Origin: Candidatus Rariloculaceae bacterium
Lineage (GTDB): Bacteria; Pseudomonadota; Gammaproteobacteria; Steroidobacterales; Rariloculaceae
Direction: 5' to 3'
DNA length: 64,000 bases
Assembly: GCA_965237785.1 (NCBI GenBank)
Contig: OZ250159.1
Coordinates: 117,791 to 181,790, forward strand
The position numbers and the translations under genes are program-made. Position 1 is the stretch's first letter. Each line of letters begins with the position of its first letter. Below, in pieces: positions 55,704-64,000 of this stretch. The notes under the pieces are model-generated. The model searched no databases and was not told the origin of the DNA. It worked only from the letters and a program-made list of their open reading frames with translations.

Positions 55704-58700
55704 TCGACTTTAGTCTTATCAAGCCGGCAGCGTCCATTTTCGCACGCATCGTGCCGCGCTTTCGCCGCTTGGCGGCTGAGCGGCAAGTGGCTCGCAGTCC
55801 CCATAAGGTGCCTCCAGATCACGCAGATCAGATATTCGAAGAGGCGTTGCGGCGTCTTGGCGCGGTCAATAGCGATGACCCTGAATGGAAACGGATCGTT
55901 GGATCCGCGATCAGTGGGATCATACAACCCGCGCATTTCCGCAAGCCCCAAGTAAAGGAGTGGCTTTCCCGGACGGATACCAAGCAAGACTTGAAGATAC
56001 TCGCGAAGGCGGCGCTTGTCGGCGAGGCTGCGAATGGTGAAGCAACAAATCGGTTGATATCCACATACATGGATATCTCCGGTGAAGACAAGCATTGCGC
56101 AGAGTCGGTCATCCAGAGCGTGGGAGCGGTTCTCAGGACTAGTTTGACCGCGACGGTCCAGGACCCCGGAACAGCGGCCTACGTTCAGGCAGGGTTCGCA
56201 TCCTTGAATCGTCGCATTGACGCGACGGGCATCCCGTCGCTGGTCCCGATCACGCACGGCGCGACCGAGCCTACCGACGAGGGCGCGAAGATCGATGTCT
56301 CGGTTGTTCGACGTGCCTTTGGAGAAGCTTCGCGTTTGCTGCTGGGTTGGCCTCAAGATACGGACGGACATTGGATCGACCGTCCGGAACTAGATCAACT
56401 ACACAGTCGGGCCACGCAGGAAGAACCTGCACTTACTGTGCTACTGGGGCGTCCCGGAGCAGGAAAGTCGGCGATCCTTGCGCGGCTGGGCGCTAGGCTT
56501 AAGGAAGAGGGAAAAATCTTGTTGGCGATCAAGGTCGACCAGATTCCCGCAGGCTGCTCTACGCTCGCTGATATTGATGAGTGGGTAGGGTGCGAAGACG
56601 TAACGAATGCACTTCGTCAGTTGTCGGAAACGCGGCGCGTCGTGGTGTTGATCGACCAACTCGATGCGTTGGCCGATCTGATGGATCAGCACTCAAACCG
56701 TCTCACGGCGCTCCTTCAGCTTGTTGGGTCGATAAGGGGAACGCCGAATCTCCAGGTCATATTGTCGTGCCGGGAGTTTGAATTTCGCAACGACGTGCGG
56801 CTGAGCACGTTGGGCGCCGAAGCGGTGACGCTGGAACCGCCGCCTTGGGAAGCTGTGGCGCCTTTGCTAAGCACGTATGGCGTTTCGGTTGAACAGTTCG
56901 GTGAGGAGCAGCGCGAAGTTCTCCGCACACCGCAACACCTGGCCGTATTCGTCCACTATTTCGTCAAGCGGGATCGGCAACCGGTGTTCTCAACGTATCA
57001 GGCGCTTCTTGACCACGCCATCAGGGAAGATATCGAGGGCGTGTACGGCCGGCGGACGGTGTCGGCGGCCGAACGTGTTGCTATTGAGATGGCGAGTGAT
57101 GAGGAACTATGGATAGCTCGGGGTCGATTTACGGCGGAATACAACGATGAGCTAAACAATCTTTTGGCGGCTGGGTTCCTGGTGCAATCGGAGAATGGCC
57201 TCAGCATCGCGTTCCGCCATCAGACTGTATTCGATTTCCTCCGCGCAAGAGCCTTCATGGGCGGTGGCCGCAATCTGGCCGAGTACGTCCTCACCGAGAA
57301 GCAAGAGTCTCTGTTCGTTCGGCCGATTCTATGGAGCGCGTTGACTTACCTGCGTGAAAGTGACCGCGCGGTGTATCGGCGAGAGCTTGACCGCTTGTGG
57401 AGTCACGATGAGTTGCGATTGCACCTGCGGTTGCTGATTGCCGCCTTTTTGGGGCAACTTCCGGATCCCGATGAGGTGGAGGCGGCCTGGTTGCTGCCGA
57501 AGCTGGATGATGCGGAATTCAAGAGGAAGATACTGCTCGCGATGGCGGGTAGTCCCGGCTGGTTTAATAGAATGAAGGCTCGTCTGCCCGGTCTTATGTC
57601 GGCGGGGCGGGAACAGGCATCGAATTTGACGCCACTACTCGGCAGGGCGATGGCCTTTGCCCGCGACGATGTGTTGGCCCTTGTTGAGAAACACTGGTTG
57701 ACACGCGATGAATGCTGCTCGCTCGTCTATTGGATGCTCTATGACCTAACTTCATGGGACCGTAAAAGCGTGGATTTGGCGGGGCGATTCGCAGCGAAAG
57801 TTGCCGACGGCTCGTCCGGAGATAGTCATCAAGCGCTCCATATTGCGAAACAAATTGCGAAACAGAAGCCCGATATGGCGCCCGTCGTGCTGTTCCGATA
57901 CTTGCAGGAACGTACTGATCGGATGTTTACCAGCAGCGAGTCCGGCGGACAGTCGATGGATCGCGAAATTGCAGGACTGTTCGGAAGCAGTGGCGATTGG
58001 TACGGCGTGAACGAACTGGCAAGCAAGGCGCCCAACGAGTTCATTCGGCACGGATGGCGCTGGTTGACGAAGACACTCGGGAGGTTGGCCCAAGACGCGA
58101 ATCCCTTCATGGTCGAATATCGGGGTTGCCATAATTTTCCAAGTTGGGGCGATAACGACGAAACGCTGTGGAGCGCCTTTGAAGCGGCAATGCGGCGGTT
58201 CGCAGAGACCGAACCCGACGAATTCTTGAGGTTCGTCAACGAGAACAAGCAGTTAGACCTGATGCTGGTGCATCATCTACTGGCGCTTGGCCTTGAACGA
58301 ATTGCGCCGGAAGATCCCCAGGCCGTTATCGACTACCTGCTTGGCGACGCCAGGCGCTTCGCGATTGGGGACGTCATGAGTCGTCATCGCTTTAGCCGAG
58401 GATTGATCGCCGGCGTCGTGCCCAAGGCGTTGAACGTCGACGTATCGCGTTTAGAACTGGCGATCCTAAACTGGCGGTACTATCGAGACTTGGGCGAAGA
58501 CCCCAAATCGCGTTTCGGGAGGATGAAGTGGATAAGAGAGTCTCGGATGAGGCTTTTGCGTTGCTTTCCATCTGAACAGTTGTCTTCAGAGACGCGAGGA
58601 TACCTACGGGAGGAAGAACGAGCGCTTCCGAATGTCAAGGATGACGAGATCGGCCCTTTGCGAGGTGGTTGGGTCGGCAGTCCAATGACCGCGCAGCAGA

Positions 58701-60193
58701 TGGAAGCGGCTACAGACGATCACATCCTCAACCTCTTTAGAGAACTGAGTGACGACACGGAATGGCACCATCCGAGAAGACAAATGGAATTCGTGGGCGG
58801 CTCCATTCAAGCGTCCCGAGCATTCGCGGAGTTTGCCACGCACAACCCGGATCGCGCACTCAGGATCATGGATAGCTTTCAGGCTGGTAAGCAGGAACGC
58901 CCCGCAGGGGAAGCCCTTGCAAAATTGGGTGATAGCGCTGTTTCGCCGGACATACTGATTGCGTGCATTCGCCGTTTGCACGTCCGAGGCTTTGCATCGG
59001 AGCATTTTCGTAGCGATGCGGCGAGATGCTTAAGCGAAGTCGCCTGTCGCAACGAGGGTCTCGACGACAATACCTGCGCACTTCTGGAGAGTTGGATCAC
59101 GGACACGCCGCCGGAGATGCAACGTCCCGGGACCGACAATCCCACCGATGTTGATGAGACGGACCAGGGTGCTACTAGCGTAGCGCAACATAGCCTGCTT
59201 TGGGACATCGGAGGAAGTCATATCCTTCCTCACGGCAACTATCCGGTCATAGAGGCTCTGGCGCTGGGTTACCTGCACAGAGATCCAATGGATGCCGACG
59301 GGTGGTTGGGTGTTTTGATTCGGCACAGTGCTCGCGAAGAGGCTGACGAAGTTTGGTTAGCGATTACGCAGTATCTACCCTATCTTGAGAAAGCTAATCG
59401 TCCACAGTCAGTCGCATTCTTGCGCCAGTTCTTCGACGCTCATCCAGATGTGCTCCTTTGTCAAATGGGCGTTCGAATGGTGTATAGCGTTCTAGGTTGG
59501 CTACCTGAACCCATGATAGACCGCATCATAGATACTTGGGCAACAGCTTCATGGCCGCAGGGTCCTCAGGCAGCGGGCGAGGTTGCTCTGGTGCCATATC
59601 TTAGGGGTCCCGAACGGAGTGCAGCATCGGAGCGGGTTGAACGAATGCTGGACGGATCCGCGTACGAAGCAGATACTTTGGAGGGGCTATATATTGGATT
59701 CGCGCATACGCTGACTGTTGCGTGGCGGGAAACCGATTTGCGCCCACTGGCCACACGGCTGCTAATTCGGCTCATGTCCTTCCGGAGCGAAGAGCTATCG
59801 AAGGCCGTTTCCAGGCTTTTCCTTGGCAAGGAATCGTTGCCGCCGGACCAATATACCGAGCAGATCCTGCGGGCGTGTCTTGACCACCCTCACATACTTG
59901 TCACGGCACGCGATAGCTTCCTGGTAGATCGACTACGTGAGCTATTGGCCAACGGCTGGAACCCGCTCTTGGTGCATGCGGTTGCCAATAGGTATTTGGA
60001 ATGTAGTAGCCAGCGAGGGCGTCGCGACGGGCGGAAGATGCGCGCGCATGCAGATTTAGTTGAACTGGCGCTTACGTTGCATCGCCTTCCCGATACGCGG
60101 GCGCAAGGGCTGGACCTCTTTGAGAAACTCTTGGTGTTGAGTGCATATGACGCCGAGGAGCGGCTTAAGACTTTGGATCGGCGAGCGCAATGA
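55700..60193 (+). CDS. giant STAND/NLR-like P-loop NTPase with long helical-repeat C-terminal region; no recognisable effector domain
   Basis: ORF 55463..60193, with probable GTG start at 55700 overlapping the pglX stop (GTGA) and GGAG 5 nt upstream. Has Walker A LLGRPGAGKSAIL and Walker B VVVLIDQLDALAD. These are followed by about 1000 aa of helix-rich, HEAT/ARM-like sequence. Confidence 0.7.
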   Translation: MIDFSLIKPAASIFARIVPRFRRLAAERQVARSPHKVPPDHADQIFEEALRRLGAVNSDDPEWKRIVGSAISGIIQPAHFRKPQVKEWLSRTDTKQDLKILAKAALVGEAANGEATNRLISTYMDISGEDKHCAESVIQSVGAVLRTSLTATVQDPGTAAYVQAGFASLNRRIDATGIPSLVPITHGATEPTDEGAKIDVSVVRRAFGEASRLLLGWPQDTDGHWIDRPELDQLHSRATQEEPALTVLLGRPGAGKSAILARLGARLKEEGKILLAIKVDQIPAGCSTLADIDEWVGCEDVTNALRQLSETRRVVVLIDQLDALADLMDQHSNRLTALLQLVGSIRGTPNLQVILSCREFEFRNDVRLSTLGAEAVTLEPPPWEAVAPLLSTYGVSVEQFGEEQREVLRTPQHLAVFVHYFVKRDRQPVFSTYQALLDHAIREDIEGVYGRRTVSAAERVAIEMASDEELWIARGRFTAEYNDELNNLLAAGFLVQSENGLSIAFRHQTVFDFLRARAFMGGGRNLAEYVLTEKQESLFVRPILWSALTYLRESDRAVYRRELDRLWSHDELRLHLRLLIAAFLGQLPDPDEVEAAWLLPKLDDAEFKRKILLAMAGSPGWFNRMKARLPGLMSAGREQASNLTPLLGRAMAFARDDVLALVEKHWLTRDECCSLVYWMLYDLTSWDRKSVDLAGRFAAKVADGSSGDSHQALHIAKQIAKQKPDMAPVVLFRYLQERTDRMFTSSESGGQSMDREIAGLFGSSGDWYGVNELASKAPNEFIRHGWRWLTKTLGRLAQDANPFMVEYRGCHNFPSWGDNDETLWSAFEAAMRRFAETEPDEFLRFVNENKQLDLMLVHHLLALGLERIAPEDPQAVIDYLLGDARRFAIGDVMSRHRFSRGLIAGVVPKALNVDVSRLELAILNWRYYRDLGEDPKSRFGRMKWIRESRMRLLRCFPSEQLSSETRGYLREEERALPNVKDDEIGPLRGGWVGSPMTAQQMEAATDDHILNLFRELSDDTEWHHPRRQMEFVGGSIQASRAFAEFATHNPDRALRIMDSFQAGKQERPAGEALAKLGDSAVSPDILIACIRRLHVRGFASEHFRSDAARCLSEVACRNEGLDDNTCALLESWITDTPPEMQRPGTDNPTDVDETDQGATSVAQHSLLWDIGGSHILPHGNYPVIEALALGYLHRDPMDADGWLGVLIRHSAREEADEVWLAITQYLPYLEKANRPQSVAFLRQFFDAHPDVLLCQMGVRMVYSVLGWLPEPMIDRIIDTWATASWPQGPQAAGEVALVPYLRGPERSAASERVERMLDGSAYEADTLEGLYIGFAHTLTVAWRETDLRPLATRLLIRLMSFRSEELSKAVSRLFLGKESLPPDQYTEQILRACLDHPHILVTARDSFLVDRLRELLANGWNPLLVHAVANRYLECSSQRGRRDGRKMRAHADLVELALTLHRLPDTRAQGLDLFEKLLVLSAYDAEERLKTLDRRAQ

Positions 60194-60336
60194 AGGTGCC
60201 ACAACAATGCCGGTTGACGCTTTATGCGGCGCAAAGCGAGTCTGTGCAATGGACAAATCGGGCGTCATGCGGCACTAGTATTCGGCAAGCCCGCGAGCGT
60301 GAACGAGTCGATGCGCCGGGATGTTAAAGGTGAATC

Positions 60337-63087
60337 ATGAACTTTGAACGAAAACGAACCGAGAAATGGCAGCGCGAAATACCGGGGGCGCGTTGGTTCA
60401 AGGCCGACCTCCATGTGCATACGATCGACGACCTTGCCGGCGGGCGCGCCAAAATGCCGGATGGCTTGTCGGGCAATCCGGAGGACCCGAGCGTACTGTC
60501 AGCGTATGCGAGACGTTTTTTGCGAGGGGTTGTTGCTAGCGGGGTGCAAGTCGTTGGCTTGACCCCGCATTCGCCACGAGTTGGAAGCGATCCCGGTACA
60601 AGCGCTGTTTGGAAGATCGTAGAGGAGTGGAACTGCGCGGAAGACGACGACGGTATTCCCTTTCGAGAGAAGATTTTTGCCGTATTCCCGGGGTTTGAGC
60701 CATCATTCAAAAATGGTTCTGAAGGGTTGCATCTCCTCTTTCTGTTCGATCCGGAAATCGGCTGTAACAACTACTTGAAATTGTTCGATGTCGTCATGGC
60801 GGGCGTTTCTGTCTGGAGAGACAGAAATTTGAATATGTCGAACATGAGTGCAGATGACGCTTTCGAGAACTTGAGGGATTTTCGTAGCCGCGAGCGCACG
60901 GTTTGGAGCCACATTGTGCTAGCCCCGCACATTGATGCGCGCAAAGGGCTATTGGGGGCGCAAAAGGCCCAAGTCCTTGAAGTATTCAGCCATGATGAGT
61001 TGGCAGGGCTGGAATTAGGCGATGAAAAGTTGCCGGCAGATACAATCCAGAATCGACCTTGGCTTGTCCACGGCATGCAAACCCACCGTCAAGCATTCTT
61101 TCACGCCAGCGACGCCTACTCGATTGGTGAAATCGGCAAACGGCATACATGGATGAAGCTCGCGAGTCCCCGCATTGAAGCCTTGCGTCAAGCGTTCATC
61201 GCCAGCGATTCAAGGATGCGCATCGGCTTTATCCGAGACGAGAACAATGGGCTGAAGGAACTCCCGGCGCCACCGGATGTGACGCTGAACAATCGACCGT
61301 GGCTGAAGTCGGTTACCGTGCGCGGCGGGGCGTCTTTCTTCGGCGGAAATGAAAAAAACAAGCCAAGGGAAACGCGCTTTGATCTGAGCCCTGACCTGAC
61401 TTGCATCATCGGCGGGAGCATGACTGGCAAGAGTACGCTGCTCGATGGCTTGCGCGTATACCTCGGCGCTCCCAAGCCCGGCGATGACTCGATTAATGAA
61501 CAAGTACAGGGGAGGGGAAAATTTCGTTTCTTGTCGGGCTCTCCGGAAATCGAAATCGACGCTCCGGGTAGCGACCCGACAGCTTCGCCCCACGAGCGGT
61601 GGCCGGCGGATTTTTTCGCGCAGAGTGAACTACAGCGGCTTGCCCAAGCGAGGTCAATCGAGGAACTTCTCGCCAAACTGACTTCCGTCGAAGTTGCGGA
61701 AATTGATGATCGAAAATCAGCGCTGAAGGGACTGGATAGGCAACTTTACGATGCAGCAAAACGCTTGGACAAACTCGACGAAGCGCTTGCCGAAGCAGAG
61801 CAGGACCATGCGCGCGCCAAGCAAGCCAAGAACGAACTCGATGCGTTTGAGGACGCTGGCGTGAGCAGGCTCCACGCGCTTGGCCGCCGCCGGCAAATCT
61901 GGAAGGCGGCATATGATGAAGGTCAAAGTTTGCGATCGGCGATCGATAAGGTATTCACTTCAGCTCGGTCGCTGACAGTCCCTAAGGTCGATGAGGAACT
62001 GAAAAATATTCTGGCCGAATCCAGCGTCAATCCGGCGCTGCTTGACCCGGAGGGTTGCTTGTCTTTGGTCCCGGGACACTTGCAGTCGGCGAGCGGCGAA
62101 TTGAAAGCCTGGACTAACGCGGTCGCAAAAACCGTCGAGATGTTGGAGCACCGTGAGTCTACCGCCAAGACCGAAGTCGAGCGAGCTTTGGCAGCGTTGG
62201 GCTTGGAGTCGAGCAAACTTACAGAATTTCAGAAACTTAACCAAAAGGCGGCGCTGCTCACAAGCTATGAGGCAAACCTTGAGCACACGCGCGTTCGAGT
62301 CCAAACCGCGGAACGCTCCTTCGCAACATTGCGGCAACAACGTGACGGCTTGGTTCATGAGCAGCGCAGGGCGTTTGACCGCGTGCTGGAATACGTTGCG
62401 CGACAATTCGGCCGCCGAATTCGCGCGCGGCGTATTGAGAACGGAGACACGAAATCCCTAAACAAGTTTCTGTCCAATTTGGCTCAAAAGGGAGTGACCC
62501 GGTGGTGGAACGGGCTGGAGTCGAACAAAAAACCTTCGCCCGGAGAATTGCTCGATCGTCTTGCCAACAACACCCTCGACAAGGTTGGAATGAGTCCGGC
62601 GGTGCAACAGACGTTTCGAGAATCCGCCACCAAATCCAGGCGGCGCGAATTAGCCGCCCTTCGCGCGCCGGACATCTACGTTCTTGAAATGCGTCTGGAC
62701 GACGGCACCTATCGTCAACTGGATGAGCTTTCCGGTGGCCAGAGGGTCAGTATCCTGCTCTCGCTTCTTCTTGAGACCGCCGACAACCGACCGCTGGTAA
62801 TCGATCAGCCGGAAGATGAACTCGACAACCACTTCTTGTGGACGACCATTCTGCCGGCTCTAAAGAAACTCAAGGGGCAACGTCAGATAGTGGTCGCCAC
62901 CCACAATCCGAACATCGTCGTGAACGGAGACGCGGACATGGTTATTCAACTTGAAGCCACCGCGCAACGTGGATCGATCGCGCAAGCCGGAGCGATTGAG
63001 GAACCGGCCGTTCGAGACGCCATCGTTCGAACGGTTGACGGCGGCGACGAGGCGTTTCGCCTACGGCGGCGAAAATACGGTTTCTGA
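60337..63087 (+). CDS. PHP-domain + ABC/SMC-type ATPase fusion (PplA / TrlF-like, names from memory)
   Basis: 916-aa ORF. N-terminal PHP motif FKADLHVHTIDD. Walker A IIGGSMTGKSTLLDG, then about 300 aa of coiled coil. Signature LSGGQRVS, Walker B LVIDQPEDELD and H-loop VVATHNPN. Confidence 0.75.
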   Translation: MNFERKRTEKWQREIPGARWFKADLHVHTIDDLAGGRAKMPDGLSGNPEDPSVLSAYARRFLRGVVASGVQVVGLTPHSPRVGSDPGTSAVWKIVEEWNCAEDDDGIPFREKIFAVFPGFEPSFKNGSEGLHLLFLFDPEIGCNNYLKLFDVVMAGVSVWRDRNLNMSNMSADDAFENLRDFRSRERTVWSHIVLAPHIDARKGLLGAQKAQVLEVFSHDELAGLELGDEKLPADTIQNRPWLVHGMQTHRQAFFHASDAYSIGEIGKRHTWMKLASPRIEALRQAFIASDSRMRIGFIRDENNGLKELPAPPDVTLNNRPWLKSVTVRGGASFFGGNEKNKPRETRFDLSPDLTCIIGGSMTGKSTLLDGLRVYLGAPKPGDDSINEQVQGRGKFRFLSGSPEIEIDAPGSDPTASPHERWPADFFAQSELQRLAQARSIEELLAKLTSVEVAEIDDRKSALKGLDRQLYDAAKRLDKLDEALAEAEQDHARAKQAKNELDAFEDAGVSRLHALGRRRQIWKAAYDEGQSLRSAIDKVFTSARSLTVPKVDEELKNILAESSVNPALLDPEGCLSLVPGHLQSASGELKAWTNAVAKTVEMLEHRESTAKTEVERALAALGLESSKLTEFQKLNQKAALLTSYEANLEHTRVRVQTAERSFATLRQQRDGLVHEQRRAFDRVLEYVARQFGRRIRARRIENGDTKSLNKFLSNLAQKGVTRWWNGLESNKKPSPGELLDRLANNTLDKVGMSPAVQQTFRESATKSRRRELAALRAPDIYVLEMRLDDGTYRQLDELSGGQRVSILLSLLLETADNRPLVIDQPEDELDNHFLWTTILPALKKLKGQRQIVVATHNPNIVVNGDADMVIQLEATAQRGSIAQAGAIEEPAVRDAIVRTVDGGDEAFRLRRRKYGF

Positions 63088-63097
63088 GGAACAAGAC

Positions 63098-64000
63098 ATG
63101 GAATGGCCCGACGTATTGCGGCGCATCGAAGGCGGGGAAGACGCCCTTACCGAGTTCAAGCGCGGTCTCGGAGACTTCAGCGGCGTCGGCAAGACGCTAT
63201 GTGCATTTGCGAATGGCGATGGCGGTCTTATCGTGGTTGGCGTCGTCGATCCCGGGGTGATCGTCGGTGTGAGGGAAAATCCGGAGGCCGTGCAGGAACG
63301 GCTGACGAGCTTCCTTAACAGTGGCTGTGGAAAACCCATCACTGCCCAGTGCGGCCGTCGCGAAACGACCGATGGATGGGTGCATTGGGTCGAAGTTCGC
63401 CGCCATCAGCGAGGATATGAGCCGTTCAGCTATGACGGGCGGTTCTGGATTCGGCGGGTGCGAAGTACGGTCCACCCATCTCCCTCGGAGTTACAGGAAC
63501 TATTGAATGTTTTCGGCTTGGTGCTAACTGAGCAACAGGTCATCTCGACAGCAGCGGTCAGCGATATCGATGTGGGCGCTTTTCGCTCGTTCATGCAGGC
63601 GCAGGGTATGCGAATGGAGGAAGAGCCGCAGCCGGACATCGAAAATGACATGCTAAACGCCGCGGTGTGCGACTGGTTGGAGGGCGTGCTTCGCCCAACG
63701 CTATATGGAGTAATGGTTTTCGGCAAAGAGCCGCAGGGACATCCGCACACAACCAGCCTGTTCATTCAGTGTGTCGCCTACGATGGCGTCGACCAAGCCG
63801 CGGAAGTGCTGAGCGCGGGCGAGGGGAAGGGCCGCCTAGACGAACAGGTGAGCCATTCCATGGGATGGTTTCGCAGCTTGGGACGAGGAGAGGCTTATCG
63901 AGGGCTGTATCGCGAGGATATACCCCTCGTACCGGAAGGAGTTCTCCGGGAAGCGCTCGTCAACGCCGTTATTCACCGTGACTATGCATTGACTGGGTCG
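63098..64000 (+). CDS. AlbA_2 (Schlafen-like 'divergent AAA') DNA-binding domain protein, 3' end beyond the right edge
   Basis: Not in the ORF track (no stop in the window). Hand translation from ATG 63098 gives MEWPDVLRRIEGGEDALTEFKRGLGDFSGVGKTLCAFANGDGGLIVVGV.... It continues to ...VLREALVNAVIHRDYALTGS and is open to position 64000. The start lies 10 nt after the preceding stop. Confidence 0.7.
   Translation, partial: MEWPDVLRRIEGGEDALTEFKRGLGDFSGVGKTLCAFANGDGGLIVVGVVDPGVIVGVRENPEAVQERLTSFLNSGCGKPITAQCGRRETTDGWVHWVEVRRHQRGYEPFSYDGRFWIRRVRSTVHPSPSELQELLNVFGLVLTEQQVISTAAVSDIDVGAFRSFMQAQGMRMEEEPQPDIENDMLNAAVCDWLEGVLRPTLYGVMVFGKEPQGHPHTTSLFIQCVAYDGVDQAAEVLSAGEGKGRLDEQVSHSMGWFRSLGRGEAYRGLYREDIPLVPEGVLREALVNAVIHRDYALTGS

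Noticed and set aside
55700-60193. Whether the giant ORF after pglX could itself be PglZ or BrxL
   Set aside because: It has a Walker A/B NTPase followed by helical repeats. I see no alkaline-phosphatase-like PglZ core and no Lon-protease domain, so it was called a STAND-like NTPase instead.

Overview
High-GC (about 60-65% by eye) chromosomal segment from a Gram-negative, TonB-receptor-rich proteobacterium, in three blocks. (1) 1-13.5 kb is a corrinoid-dependent methyl-amine demethylation cluster. It holds a DMGDH-family flavoenzyme, a RACo-like activase, a methyl-THF:corrinoid methyltransferase, MetF/MetV-type MTHFR, DUF1638, a small 'virulence factor' domain protein, two divergent non-Pyl MttB-family methyltransferases flanking one corrinoid protein, and EtfBA. 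(2) 13.5-44.2 kb is mixed housekeeping and envelope genes. These include recQ, four TonB-dependent receptors, an orphan TRAP binding protein, a MacAB-like efflux operon split by an insertion, a secreted Zn-metalloprotease, a FAH-family protein, a formamidase, and a six-gene minus-strand operon of uncharacterised secreted and membrane proteins. One of those carries five tandem TonB-box-like repeats. Decayed gene remnants are scattered through this block: SulP, higB, vapC and a TBDR plug fragment. (3) 44.2-64 kb is a co-directional defence island built on a type-1-like BREX locus (brxA, brxB, brxC, pglX). Non-canonical cargo interrupts it: an ABC-type ATPase + DUF4276 pair, a roughly 40-47% GC patch with a HicB/pglX chimeric remnant and a 6-TM membrane protein, and a 1497-aa STAND/NLR-like NTPase start-stop coupled to pglX. 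These are followed by a PHP + ABC/SMC ATPase (PplA/TrlF-like) and a truncated AlbA_2/Schlafen-like gene. No pglZ or brxL, and no rRNA, tRNA, CRISPR array, integrase or transposase, was recognised. All family names come from motif and sequence recognition by eye; no searches were run.
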